Below are positions 1-9,696 of a stretch of 64,000 nucleotides of DNA, piece by piece (the first letter of the stretch is position 1; every line of letters begins with the position of its first letter). The notes beneath the pieces are model-generated. The model was given only the letters and a program-made list of their open reading frames with translations, ran no database searches and had not been told where the DNA came from. The DNA lies in sequence record MN871453.1; one strand, written 5' to 3'. A program made the position numbers and the translations under genes.

Positions 1-1284
1 GAGTCCAAAGGGTAGATCGACAAAACCACCGTTCGAGGAAGGCGTCACCTTCGTTGGGTTTAACGCAAAGAGTTTTGCTAATGCGTTGTAGCCGTAAGCG
101 TTGATGACGTCCGTCGCTGTAAACGAGCCCCAGAAGTTTCGCATGATCGCCGTATAAAGAGAGTTTTCCAGGTTCTCTACACGCCACTCAGCCAACGTGG
201 AATCGAGTCCAATCATTGCTCTGAGAATGTCAGTGTCGCTTAAACGGTAAAGTGTTTCAATCCGATTCACCTCGTCGATGAGAGGGCGTTTAAAACCAGA
301 CTCACGAAGATGAAGACGAATATAAAGGTTGTCGTACGTTGTCCAGCCATCGTTCAGATAAGCCGAAACATAACCCGTCGGAATACTGTAATCAGCATGA
401 GTTACGTTACGCAGACTGTTCTCTTTATTGCGGTGATAATAGCGACCTGAAACCGAATCATTCGCACCGACTTTGTACATGAACAAATCGATATCGTCGA
501 CGTAATAGATTTCGTTATCGTGCGTATTTTTACTCGGGTGCAGCAGATACTTCTTCAGGTTGTCTAACGTCGACGTATAGTCGTACAGCGACGAGACTTT
601 GAAGTCCACTACGTGACTCACCGCGGCGTCGTAAACTGCCTCAGCCAGGTCACCAATGGAAATATCAGTCGATTTGATTTCCGGCTTCCAGACGCCATTA
701 TGGTAAATATTGGTTACACCGGTTAAGGTTTGCAGCGGCCGCAACCCATTAATAAACGCAGCGATATCAGTTTGCTTAGTAATCTCTCTGCCGATATAAG
801 CCACTTTCTGACCGATGTTATTACTTCGCTCTGAACGGAAAAAGGCGTTGTTGTAAATTCTGAGATACGCTTTCTTTTCACTTAACTCGCCAAAGATAGC
901 GTGCTCTTTAATCGCAATGATCAAATTGTCGTCGTAGGTACGAAGAACGTAACTGCTAAAGAGCGGGAGTTTAACGCCCGTTTCCAGATAGAGGTCAATG
1001 ATCAGCGCAGTCGCTTCGCTGTAAGGTCCCAACGCCATCCATTTTCCGCGAACGTCAGGGAGACCTGTACGCCAACGACTGTTTGCCCCGATCTGATAGA
1101 GATGATAGACGTCGCCTTCGGTAGGTAATGGGGTATCAACCCAGAGAATGGTACTGGAAACTTTCGCACCACTGTCTCGACTGATTCGCGTCAGATCGAG
1201 AATGACCTGACGATCCTGAATAGGTGCACACCACAAATTCGTGCGTGCATGATCGAGAAGGAAACTTTCGGTTACGGAATTCAT
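1..1284 (-). CDS. Virion structural protein, phiKZ gp27-like (3' end runs off the window)
   Basis: Not in the ORF track. Translated by hand from ATG 1284 (AAGGTG SD): MNSVTESFLLDHARTNLWCAPIQDRQ, and VINAYGYNALAK in the same frame at the window start. The middle was not read codon by codon. Motifs and synteny match my recollection of the gp27 family. Confidence 0.75.
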   Translation of the reverse strand, partial: MNSVTESFLLDHARTNLWCAPIQDRQVILDLTRISRDSGAKVSSTILWVDTPLPTEGDVYHLYQIGANSRWRTGLPDVRGKWMALGPYSEATALIIDLYLETGVKLPLFSSYVLRTYDDNLIIAIKEHAIFGELSEKKAYLRIYNNAFFRSERSNNIGQKVAYIGREITKQTDIAAFINGLRPLQTLTGVTNIYHNGVWKPEIKSTDISIGDLAEAVYDAAVSHVVDFKVSSLYDYTSTLDNLKKYLLHPSKNTHDNEIYYVDDIDLFMYKVGANDSVSGRYYHRNKENSLRNVTHADYSIPTGYVSAYLNDGWTTYDNLYIRLHLRESGFKRPLIDEVNRIETLYRLSDTDILRAMIGLDSTLAEWRVENLENSLYTAIMRNFWGSFTATDVINAYGYNALAKLFALNPTKVTPSSNGGFVDLPFGL

Positions 1285-1301
1285 TACACGCACCTTCTAC
1301 T

Positions 1302-2240
1302 TTAATAAGTTTTCTCGTGATGATTCGCCGTCAATGCGATCAGGTCGTTAACACGAGCAACGAAATCGTCGGTTTTCAGATTACGACCTTCACGGTCAAT
1401 CAACTGCGTTAACCATGCTTTACGGTATTGTTTTTCACCGGCACACGCTGAATAAATCATGGCAATAAACATCGGTGGGTATTCGAGCGCCACGGCCAAT
1501 TGCTCCCGGACTTCTGAACTACCAAACCAGCTGGTTGATGTCAGCGTCCAGAGAATACGTTTGTCAATTCGTTTCAGCGATAAGCTCTCGCCGAATTCAG
1601 CTAATGCTTTACAGTAGTCATCGAGGTTCGCCATGTAGCCAACCGGACGCAACCACAGATCCAGTTTCTGGTAAGGGATATTCAGGATGCGACTGATCTT
1701 CACGCAGAAGACCTCGTGACGACGATCGTTAAAGTCTTTCGCATCGCAGTGTAAGCAGTAGTAATAATAAGCAGTGATTGCTTTGAGTTTTTCTGCAACC
1801 AGCTCATTCAGGTTCAGTTTGTTTTTGAGCAGCCCAGTTAACCACTTAGCAAAGATTGCCAACGGGACATCGACGTTGAAATAGAACGCATCGATATTCC
1901 CTTCCGACCAAGCCATCTCCAGAACAGCACGGCGGAAAATGATCCCGACAGAACCTTCATTAACAAAGTCTGTGGTGCCGTCTGCATTTAATTTTAACGT
2001 CCCGCGGTAAGGGCGAAGATCAATATATGTATACGGTATACTTTGAACTTCTTGAGAAAGGGGATGACGAAAGACAGGAATGGCTTCCAATTCTGGGGTT
2101 TTCTCCAGTACCGCGAACAGCCCTTTAAAGTGGTTAATTGGGGTTAATGCACCTTCTGCGTTCGCCACCAACATCTTCCCGGGTAGACTCGCAGGAAAAA
2201 TAGAACTGCCGGCTGAGGTGTCAAAACTGTGTTTAAACAT
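1302..2240 (-). CDS. Virion structural protein, phiKZ gp28-like by synteny
   Basis: 312 aa ORF with GGAGA SD, divergent from the sheath gene and directly upstream of the gp27-like gene. Confidence 0.6.
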   Translation of the reverse strand: MFKHSFDTSAGSSIFPASLPGKMLVANAEGALTPINHFKGLFAVLEKTPELEAIPVFRHPLSQEVQSIPYTYIDLRPYRGTLKLNADGTTDFVNEGSVGIIFRRAVLEMAWSEGNIDAFYFNVDVPLAIFAKWLTGLLKNKLNLNELVAEKLKAITAYYYYCLHCDAKDFNDRRHEVFCVKISRILNIPYQKLDLWLRPVGYMANLDDYCKALAEFGESLSLKRIDKRILWTLTSTSWFGSSEVREQLAVALEYPPMFIAMIYSACAGEKQYRKAWLTQLIDREGRNLKTDDFVARVNDLIALTANHHEKTY

Positions 2241-2361
2241 TGCTTAATTCTCCGATAATGACCGTGACCTATAGAATGTTAATATGACGACGTTTCCGTA
2301 TTACCGGTAAACTATGGTTTAAAAACCACCCAAGCTTGGATTTAGCGTCATCAAGTAGCTA

Positions 2362-2372
2362 CATAATTTATG
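2362..2372. promoter_or_regulatory. Candidate pair of late promoters, one per strand (CATAATTTATG)
   Basis: TATG on both strands between the divergent structural genes. TATG is the phiKZ late promoter core. Confidence 0.4.
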
Positions 2373-2403
2373 CGGTACCCACTCTTTTTAAGAGGCAAAA
2401 GAC

Positions 2404-4473
2404 ATGTCAGAACAAATTACGGGATCAACACCCAGAATTTATTACCGCGGTACGAAGGATATTTCGTTCACCCGTTCTACGGGTTCAACGACGACCCTGG
2501 CTCTTCATCGACCGCTCATCATGTTCTTCGGCCAGAAAGGTCCAACTGTCCCTACCTGGATCGATCCGGTAAAATTCGAAGACATTTACGGTAGCGAAAC
2601 TACCAACCTTTCCGGCGTTTATGCGACCCACAGTACTCCTTTTATTAAGGAAGCGATTGCAGCGGGTAACCAGTTCCTGGCCTTGCGTCTGGAACCGGCA
2701 GATATCCCTGACGTCGCCACGCTGGGTCTCTCCGTCGATTGGGTAAAAACCAAAATCGACGACTATGAGCGTAACGACGACGGAACTTATAAAACCGATA
2801 CCAACGGTGACAAAATTCCGCTGGCCACGCAAGTAGACGGGATCAAATTCCGCTTTGTTCTCTCTAAAATCGAGACGGACGAGTCGGGCGTTTCCCAGTA
2901 CAAAAAACGTACCGCTTCTGCGGGGACAATCGGTACCGCTGAGAACCCGTCAACGATCACGCCACTGGCCGATTTCCGTTGCCGTTATAAATCGTCTCTC
3001 GGTGCGAATACAGCGATCCGTATTTGGGCACCGACTGTCAATTCGACTCAGGCCGCTGATGCCGATCTGCAAGAACGTATCAAATCGTTCCTGTACCGCT
3101 TCCAGCTCCTGACCCGTACCGATAAAAACAGTTCACCAACTATTTTTGAGACGATCTATAATGAAGCGTCTCTGTCGGTCGGTTTCGGTGAGAACTTAGT
3201 CGATCCGCAGACCGAAGTGGTTTACGATTTCGCGGAACGTATCGAAAGTCGTTACAACGACGAAGATCCATCGACTTACCTGATGTCGCCGATCGATGCG
3301 CCGTACCTGTATCAGTCCAACATCGATACCGTCCTGAAAGCAGTACAGTCGGTGGAATCCACCTTCGGTACGGTTTCTGACGATGAAGCGGATCTCTACA
3401 CAATTAACCTGTTCGGTGCGCAGACGGTAGAGGGTGTACCGTATCACGCTGTTCAGATTATGGGCGTACTGGATGGTGGCGTCACGCTGACAGAAACCTC
3501 CACCAACTACCTGCAAGGCGGTGGTGACGGTACGCTGGGTAACGCCAGTTTCAACGCTGCCGCTAACCTGGTGCTGTCCAACATGTCCAGCGGCGCATCT
3601 TTCAATATCGGTAACTACGCGCGTTATCCGTTCAATGCGTTCTGGGATTCCGGTTTCGACCTGAAGACCAAACAACTGATTCCGCAATTGATCGGTCTGC
3701 GTGCAGACACCTGGATCGCCCTGTCGACTCAGGACATCAGCCTCGACTTCAACAGCAATGAAGAAGAAGAATCAATCGCGCTGTCCCTGATGTCTCGCGT
3801 AAACGCTTTCCCGGACTCCTCTGATTTCGGTACCCCGGCGTTTCGCGGTATGATCGTAGGTGGTGCAGGTTATTACACGGAAACTACGCGTAAGCTGGCG
3901 GTCCCGCTGACCCTCGACCGTTTCCGTGCTTACTGTCAGTATGCTGGCGCTTCTGACGGTGTACTCAAACCGGAATACGCGGTGGATGAAGGTGAGAACC
4001 GGAAAGTCCAGGTGGTTAAAAATATTAACAACCTCGATAAATCCTGGCGCGTTCGTCGTGCGCAGTGGAACAACAACCTGGTTTACGTAGAAGACTACGA
4101 TACCGGTTCGCAGTTCTACCCGGGCCAGCAGTCGTTCTACAGCGAACAAGGTTCCGTACTGAAGGCGGCTATCGTGGGTCTGTGCGTGGCTAACCTGAAC
4201 CGTTTCGCTTTCGAAGCGTGGCGTGACCTGAGCGGTACTCAGAAACTCACCGACGATCAGTTGATTGAGCGCTCTGACGAAATCGTGAGCACCCGCGGTG
4301 CCGGTGCCTTCGATAACCGCCTGATCTTCACGCCGCATTCTGAGATTACCCAGGCCGATAAAGAACGTGGTTATTCTTGGTCTATGCGCATTGACTTCGG
4401 TGCTAACGCGTTCCGTACCGTAATGGATATGTCTTCTGTCGCATACACCAGAGAGGAATTAGCAAATGGCTAA
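2404..4473 (+). CDS. Contractile tail sheath protein, phiKZ gp29-like
   Basis: 689 aa, RIYYRGTKD...QKGP...YATHSTPFI...AAGN N-terminus, strong codon bias, GAGG SD, followed by the tube gene. Confidence 0.88.
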   Translation: MSEQITGSTPRIYYRGTKDISFTRSTGSTTTLALHRPLIMFFGQKGPTVPTWIDPVKFEDIYGSETTNLSGVYATHSTPFIKEAIAAGNQFLALRLEPADIPDVATLGLSVDWVKTKIDDYERNDDGTYKTDTNGDKIPLATQVDGIKFRFVLSKIETDESGVSQYKKRTASAGTIGTAENPSTITPLADFRCRYKSSLGANTAIRIWAPTVNSTQAADADLQERIKSFLYRFQLLTRTDKNSSPTIFETIYNEASLSVGFGENLVDPQTEVVYDFAERIESRYNDEDPSTYLMSPIDAPYLYQSNIDTVLKAVQSVESTFGTVSDDEADLYTINLFGAQTVEGVPYHAVQIMGVLDGGVTLTETSTNYLQGGGDGTLGNASFNAAANLVLSNMSSGASFNIGNYARYPFNAFWDSGFDLKTKQLIPQLIGLRADTWIALSTQDISLDFNSNEEEESIALSLMSRVNAFPDSSDFGTPAFRGMIVGGAGYYTETTRKLAVPLTLDRFRAYCQYAGASDGVLKPEYAVDEGENRKVQVVKNINNLDKSWRVRRAQWNNNLVYVEDYDTGSQFYPGQQSFYSEQGSVLKAAIVGLCVANLNRFAFEAWRDLSGTQKLTDDQLIERSDEIVSTRGAGAFDNRLIFTPHSEITQADKERGYSWSMRIDFGANAFRTVMDMSSVAYTREELANG

Positions 4474-5341
4474 GAAAGATCCGAACACAGTCATGAGTGC
4501 TAATAGTTCGTACGCTAACGGGGCCAATGGTCCCGTGACGAACTTGGAAATCCCAGCACCCTATGGCTATACCCCTGACTTCCGTTATTACCACGCTGCG
4601 GCCGATTATACTCGTCGCCCGACCATCGCGTTTCTGATGGAGTTGCCTAACTGCTTCAAAGACACTGATGACCCGGAAAAATGGGGCGGTTCACTGAAAG
4701 CGCTAATCGAGATGCACGCTCGTACGATCGACGGTATCGATTACACGCTGGAAGTAGAACACGTTGAAACCCCGTTCGGTGGCGGCGGCGAAATGATGCA
4801 AACGCTGTCCAAGGTTCGTCGCGCTCGTTCTGTCCCGGTCTTTACCTGGGTAGAAAAAGTAGGGATGCCGGTTTCCCGTTACTGGAACAACTACATCCTG
4901 TACTTCATGGGCGAACCGAACTCCAACGTCGCAGGGATTATTGGTAAAGGTGGTATTACCCCGGCTGCAACTTACCCGGATTACAACACCTTCTCTATCC
5001 TGTTTGTGGAACCGGATCCGACCGAACGTTACGCGTTGCGTTCTACGCTGATCACTAACATGCAACCGACCGGCCAAGGCCCAGAAATGCGCATGTCAAA
5101 AGATCAGACCTCTTCACCGGAACAGCTCCAGGTATCCTTGACGATGACCGGTCTGCAGATGGTAGGTCGCGGCGTTGATAAACTCGGTCAGATGATGTTG
5201 GACCGCGCGTCCCAGACGGGTATCGATCTTAACGCCCAACCTGCCTTCCTGAGCGATCGTGAAGCAGACGTGGCGGCAAGAGACGACGGGTATATCGAAC
5301 AATTAGTTTCGAGCCTGTCTAAACCTGGCGTGGCGATCTAA
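4466..5341 (+). CDS. Tail tube (major tail) protein, phiKZ gp30-like
   Basis: 291 aa, overlaps the sheath stop by 8 nt, GAGGA SD, LKALIEMHARTIDG motif. Confidence 0.82.
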   Translation: MAKKDPNTVMSANSSYANGANGPVTNLEIPAPYGYTPDFRYYHAAADYTRRPTIAFLMELPNCFKDTDDPEKWGGSLKALIEMHARTIDGIDYTLEVEHVETPFGGGGEMMQTLSKVRRARSVPVFTWVEKVGMPVSRYWNNYILYFMGEPNSNVAGIIGKGGITPAATYPDYNTFSILFVEPDPTERYALRSTLITNMQPTGQGPEMRMSKDQTSSPEQLQVSLTMTGLQMVGRGVDKLGQMMLDRASQTGIDLNAQPAFLSDREADVAARDDGYIEQLVSSLSKPGVAI

Positions 5342-5367
5342 GTTATCAACACCTTAGTAAATAGATT

Positions 5368-5395
5368 CCTCAAGGAACCTTCGGGTTCCTTGAGG
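5368..5395 (+). terminator. Rho-independent terminator
   Basis: CCTCAAGGAACC-TTCG-GGTTCCTTGAGG followed by TTTATT. Confidence 0.9.
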
Positions 5396-5468
5396 TTTAT
5401 TCTCTTAAGTTTTTTATTTTACCGACCTGCAATAATCATCCTATGAAAGAATAGTTGAGAGGTGAATT

Positions 5469-6113
5469 ATGTTTGATAAAAACGCAGCATTAAAATTACA
5501 GCAGTCGTTAAAGAACGCGGGTTTCGATCCGAAAGGCGTTGATGGTTTATGGGGTAAGAACTCGCAAGCGGCACTTGATGCTTCTTTCGAGAAGTATGAC
5601 ATCGCGTGGAGTGCAATCCCCTCACTGGAGTTCGTCAACAAGACGAAAGACATCGTGGCAAAATTAGGCGGTGATCCGAGTCATTTGATGTCGTGCATGG
5701 CGTTTGAAACCGGCCGTACCTTTAGCCCCACAATTAAAAATGGTGCAGGCGCACCTTACTGGGGAATCATTCAGGGCGGTGCCGCATTCTGCAAAGACGT
5801 CGGGATCACACTTGATCAGTGGAAGTCCATGACCAACGTACAACAGCTAGACTACGTGTATAAATGGTATATCCCTTATAAAGGGAAACTGAACGATCTG
5901 CCGTCTTGGTATTTAAGAATTCTCTGGCCCGTTGCCGTGACCAAACCGGATTCTTACGTCATGTGGGACAATAAAACGCGTCCGACGACCTATCTCCAGA
6001 ACAAGGGTCTCGACGTGAACAAAGATGGGTTGATTACGCGTGGGGAAGTGGCTAAAGTTATTTACAACATGTATGCGGAAGGTTGTTTAATCGAAAAACG
6101 CCGACCGCTTTAA
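5469..6113 (+). CDS. Modular endolysin: peptidoglycan-binding domain plus lysozyme/transglycosylase-like domain
   Basis: LQQSLKNAGFDPKGVDGLWGKNSQAAL (PG_binding_1-like); CMAFETG catalytic-Glu motif; QNKGLDVNKDGLIT; GAGGTG SD. Confidence 0.8.
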   Translation: MFDKNAALKLQQSLKNAGFDPKGVDGLWGKNSQAALDASFEKYDIAWSAIPSLEFVNKTKDIVAKLGGDPSHLMSCMAFETGRTFSPTIKNGAGAPYWGIIQGGAAFCKDVGITLDQWKSMTNVQQLDYVYKWYIPYKGKLNDLPSWYLRILWPVAVTKPDSYVMWDNKTRPTTYLQNKGLDVNKDGLITRGEVAKVIYNMYAEGCLIEKRRPL

Positions 6114-6123
6114 GCGAGGCGAT

Positions 6124-6249
6124 ATGGGTGTGAGTACTCTTACCGGTGTTGACGTTATAATTATTTGCACCGGTATTCTTGTCACCATGGCTACAACAGC
6201 GTTTGTTATTTCTATCCTGTTTGATGACAAAAATAAAAAAGATGAATAA
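6124..6249 (+). CDS. 41-aa single-TM protein after the endolysin (holin candidate)
   Basis: Hand-translated MGVSTLTGVDVIIICTGILVTMATTAFVISILFDDKNKKDE with GAGG SD. Confidence 0.6.
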   Translation: MGVSTLTGVDVIIICTGILVTMATTAFVISILFDDKNKKDE

Positions 6250-6252
6250 TTA

Positions 6253-6282
6253 AAAGAGAGAGTCCAAATGGACTCTCTCTTT
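6253..6282. terminator. Bidirectional terminator
   Basis: AAAGAGAGAGTCC-AAAT-GGACTCTCTCTTT between convergent genes. Confidence 0.85.
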
Positions 6283-6287
6283 GTGTT

Positions 6288-6887
6288 TTACCCTAAATGC
6301 TTCACCGCGAGATCGAAGACTTTTTGCTTCACGTCATCGAAGGTGAACAGACGTTCGTAAGCGGTTTCTTTCTGGTTCCACAACTTGTCCATCAAAAAGA
6401 CGTTACTGACTTCGTTGCGATCAGTACCATTCCAGTGCGGGTTATCGTCAAAGAGGTAATACTGATACCCCTTAAGGTTCTGGTCTAACCACGTCTTTTT
6501 ACACGGCACAATGGCAGGGTCAAGGAAAACCCCTTCCATCTCAATGCCCAGACGATCAAACTGTTTCTGCGTAAACTCTGCTGCGCGAGGATGATACCCG
6601 CGGTGCGTGGCGAACATCGTTTGAATGCGAGAACCAAAGACCGTTTGCATTTCTTTAATGAGCGAAGGGAGTTGCTCAAAGCCCGAAACCCATTCTGCTT
6701 CTTCCATGAAATGGCCGTCTTCTAAAACCGCCTTGAGGTAAGGCGCTTCAAACGGATCGGTTCTCGAGAGACGGTTCTTCCAAACCAGACCACAGTTGAA
6801 GGTCCGATTGATCCAATTAGTCATCGCCACTTCAGTTTCGAATTTAGTGTCATCTAAATCGAAAACGAACATCAATTTTTCCATCAT
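6288..6887 (-). CDS. HAD-superfamily phosphatase, 5'(3')-deoxyribonucleotidase-like
   Basis: FVFDLDDT motif I and YLFDDNP motif IV. Confidence 0.7.
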   Translation of the reverse strand: MMEKLMFVFDLDDTKFETEVAMTNWINRTFNCGLVWKNRLSRTDPFEAPYLKAVLEDGHFMEEAEWVSGFEQLPSLIKEMQTVFGSRIQTMFATHRGYHPRAAEFTQKQFDRLGIEMEGVFLDPAIVPCKKTWLDQNLKGYQYYLFDDNPHWNGTDRNEVSNVFLMDKLWNQKETAYERLFTFDDVKQKVFDLAVKHLG

Positions 6888-7384
6888 TTACCTTTACGTT
6901 GAATGTAGAGTTCCAGCGACTCTTTGAGATTCTCAAGGAAGCTTTGGTTTTGACTGGTCAACTTAAAAGTTCCGCCGCTCCCGGAAATGACCAGAGTTTG
7001 CCAGAATAAAGAAATGGCGTTAAACTTCCTCAGATCGATGTGGAGCGTATGAGGTCCCCAATATACCATTATCTCAAGGTCTTGAATAAAACGCGTTCTA
7101 GGGTGTTCTGAGGAGTTCTCAAAGACCCCTTCGTGAAGAAGATAGTCCGACCACTGCGAGATGATATATTTAAAGACGGTTTCCGCCTCTACAAGGTCAA
7201 GCGTTTGGATGTTAGTGATGTTGTTATCCTGGTCGATAACCGAGACAAAAGTTTTCGGATAGAGCGTACCTAAACTCTGCGCTTTATCAACGTTTTTGAT
7301 TCGGTTAAGGTCAACGTAGTAAACACCCTTGGTCGTCGAGATAAACAGTTTATCCGACTGTATCCGTTGTAAAAGAGTTTCCAT
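6884..7384 (-). CDS. Hypothetical protein
   Basis: 166 aa, coupled to neighbouring genes. Confidence 0.7.
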   Translation of the reverse strand: METLLQRIQSDKLFISTTKGVYYVDLNRIKNVDKAQSLGTLYPKTFVSVIDQDNNITNIQTLDLVEAETVFKYIISQWSDYLLHEGVFENSSEHPRTRFIQDLEIMVYWGPHTLHIDLRKFNAISLFWQTLVISGSGGTFKLTSQNQSFLENLKESLELYIQRKGK

Positions 7385-7389
7385 CAGTT

Positions 7390-8352
7390 TTACCCTTTGT
7401 TATTTGTACCCAGTTCACTGTATTGATCGAGTAAAAAGTTAAGATACGCCTCATGGGGATCAGTGCGGAAAATCATCTCATGAAGCACGGTAAAAGGTAC
7501 AGGATTGTCAAAGACCCCGCCAGCAGCCTCAGCGTGCCCTCCACCGTTAAAGCGCACCGCGGCTTGTTGTGCCAAACCTGTCCCTTTGCGTGACCGGAAC
7601 GACAAACCGAGACCGTTCCGGTTTAACGTTACGTTCACGACCAGATTAACTTTGTCGTCTTGGGCCATGATTGTACTGGCCGCTTCAGAAGCGTAATAAT
7701 ACGGAGCAGAAATATACGCCACTGAGAAAGGACTTTCTGCCGCCTCTTCAATAATGACTGCTTTATTCAGGTGAAACGCAATATTTTTATCCCGACCTTT
7801 TACTAACAGTTCGGCCTGCGGGCGGAGAATTTCTTCAACTTGTTCTTTGCTGTATTTAAACAACTCAATGAAAGGTGGGAAAATTTCATCCTTATCCCCC
7901 TTCTTCAAATACTGAACAAAGAGTTCGTGGTAATTCCGTTCGCTCTCTTCTGCAATCCAGAGGTCGCGGTTATTGATTAAACGAATCACTTCTGGCATAG
8001 GGGTAGAATTAACATATTTCCATGCTAAACCCGCCCCTGAAAGTTCTGTGTCGAAATAAACAACCGTCGCCCCGAAGAATTTTTGGATCTTATCACATTC
8101 TTCTTTTTTGTCTGCATGATGATCGAGGATCACGATAGACCGTATACGTGCCGCGTTCTTCTCAACCCATTCAAACGGTGGAGTGAAATCGACAAAAACA
8201 ATATGTACCGGCTCCTCATTTTCTAAGTCCGGCATAGCACGGTAGTTTACCGGGATGAAAGTCTGCAGCCTTGTATATTGATACATGATTGCCGCCGCCG
8301 CGAAACCGTCCATGCAAAGGTCGTGGTAATAAACGATTATTTCATTATTCAT
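7390..8352 (-). CDS. DHH/DHHA1 phosphoesterase
   Basis: YHDLCMDG, FVDF, LDHH, SFRSR and GGGHAEAAG motifs. Confidence 0.85.
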   Translation of the reverse strand: MNNEIIVYYHDLCMDGFAAAAIMYQYTRLQTFIPVNYRAMPDLENEEPVHIVFVDFTPPFEWVEKNAARIRSIVILDHHADKKEECDKIQKFFGATVVYFDTELSGAGLAWKYVNSTPMPEVIRLINNRDLWIAEESERNYHELFVQYLKKGDKDEIFPPFIELFKYSKEQVEEILRPQAELLVKGRDKNIAFHLNKAVIIEEAAESPFSVAYISAPYYYASEAASTIMAQDDKVNLVVNVTLNRNGLGLSFRSRKGTGLAQQAAVRFNGGGHAEAAGGVFDNPVPFTVLHEMIFRTDPHEAYLNFLLDQYSELGTNNKG

Positions 8353-8371
8353 AAATTCTCCAAAAAATAAA

Positions 8372-8391
8372 AGAGGGGAAAATTCCCCTCT
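8372..8391 (-). terminator. Terminator hairpin
   Basis: AGAGGGGA-AAAT-TCCCCTCT with a U-tract on the minus strand. Confidence 0.75.
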
Positions 8392-8398
8392 GTGATAG

Positions 8399-8650
8399 TT
8401 AGGCCAGGATTTTTAAAATCTGACGACCGTAGAACGTTTGGGTTAAGACGTTCAATTTAAACTCGGCCTTTTCAGGATAAACAATGAATTGTTCGCAGAT
8501 ATTTTTCGTCTCGTCAAAACGAAGACGTTTAAAAATCCGTTCCGCGACCCGTTTCATGATTTTTGCTTTTCCGTTGTGTTCGCGAAAGGCTATGGCTAAT
8601 GTAACGAGCAGATCGATCATCTCGTGATCAATTAAACGTCTATCACTCAT
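8399..8650 (-). CDS. Hypothetical protein
   Basis: 83 aa, ATGA overlap with the upstream gene. Confidence 0.65.
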   Translation of the reverse strand: MSDRRLIDHEMIDLLVTLAIAFREHNGKAKIMKRVAERIFKRLRFDETKNICEQFIVYPEKAEFKLNVLTQTFYGRQILKILA

Positions 8651-8994
8651 CCCGCGACATCCAGATTAGTGTAAAGTACAGAACAAGTGTCATCTCCGTC
8701 AAAAACAACACCGCTTTCATTCAACCAACGAACAGTTTCCTTTTTCTGCGTGAAAGAGACCGTACTGTAAACTTTATACCCTGGCGTCTGCGCCTCGCCT
8801 TCCATGGCAGAAAGCGAAGAAGGCTTAGCACGCATAAAGGTGACATGAACGGTTTTAGGGTTAACGCCAGGGAACAACGTCACCGCGTTTTTAACCTCAG
8901 TGTTGACGCGATCGATACAAGCGCTATTCGGCGCAGCTTGGGCGGTCGTAGCAGTGAACAGTAGAGCGATGGCCATCAAAGTAATCTTTTTCAT
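8647..8994 (-). CDS. Exported protein (signal peptide, two Cys)
   Basis: MKKITLMAIALLFTATTAQA signal peptide, GGAGA SD. Confidence 0.75.
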   Translation of the reverse strand: MKKITLMAIALLFTATTAQAAPNSACIDRVNTEVKNAVTLFPGVNPKTVHVTFMRAKPSSLSAMEGEAQTPGYKVYSTVSFTQKKETVRWLNESGVVFDGDDTCSVLYTNLDVAG

Positions 8995-9090
8995 TTTCTT
9001 CTCCTTCTAAAACGCGGTTCTTTTGTTCGTTGTCTAAGTGAATCCCGATTTCGCTCATAGCGGCAAAGAAATCGTCGTCGGTGAAATTTT

Positions 9091-9492
9091 TCATTCTGTT
9101 ACGATAAAACCAAAATTGTTTAACGGTCGGAAAGACCCGTGATCGATAAAACGAGAATAGTTGGAAAGCGTTTCGTACCATCTCAAAATTGAGGGCGTGA
9201 GATTGTAGTACTCAATTCCCTCAATGATAGTTAACCAACTGGTCTCAGTTTGAATATCCAGTAAATATCCCTCATAATCGCAATTTAAAATATCGTAGAG
9301 CGTTTCTACGAACAATTCGGTATCTACATCAGAAAGGTGAAGATCACTTCTGGAGAGCGTTTGTAGCGCCTTAAAAATAGGACCTAGCGTTTCAAAAACT
9401 TCCATCCCATGATAACTCGCGAGTATCCGGATGAATGGCGGATACTCAACGAAAAATCGGCTACGCGACCCCCGGATAATATCGTAAGTCAT
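9091..9492 (-). CDS. Hypothetical protein
   Basis: 133 aa in the operon. Confidence 0.6.
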   Translation of the reverse strand: MTYDIIRGSRSRFFVEYPPFIRILASYHGMEVFETLGPIFKALQTLSRSDLHLSDVDTELFVETLYDILNCDYEGYLLDIQTETSWLTIIEGIEYYNLTPSILRWYETLSNYSRFIDHGSFRPLNNFGFIVTE

Positions 9493-9694
9493 CAGGGCGA
9501 CGCTCCTTGAGTTCGCGGACTAAAACTTTCAATGGCGCCGGCGAGAGTGTCACTTTCATCAGCCAGTTATAACAGTCAATTTCTTTGACTTTAGTCGCCA
9601 TTAACCGGGCGGCTGTTTTGATAGCCGTTTGAGTTTTGTGCTCGCTGTACGCCAGTTGTAACGTGAGAAGAATGTGATCCCATTCAGTTTCCAT
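9461..9694 (-). CDS. Hypothetical protein
   Basis: 77 aa, GGAG SD. Confidence 0.6.
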   Translation of the reverse strand: METEWDHILLTLQLAYSEHKTQTAIKTAARLMATKVKEIDCYNWLMKVTLSPAPLKVLVRELKERRPDDLRYYPGVA

Positions 9695-9696
9695 GA

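Noticed and set aside
8924-9181. 85-aa ORF, or a shorter MKNFTDDDFF form
   Set aside because: It overlaps the signal-peptide gene by about 70 nt. A short real gene is possible but unsupported.
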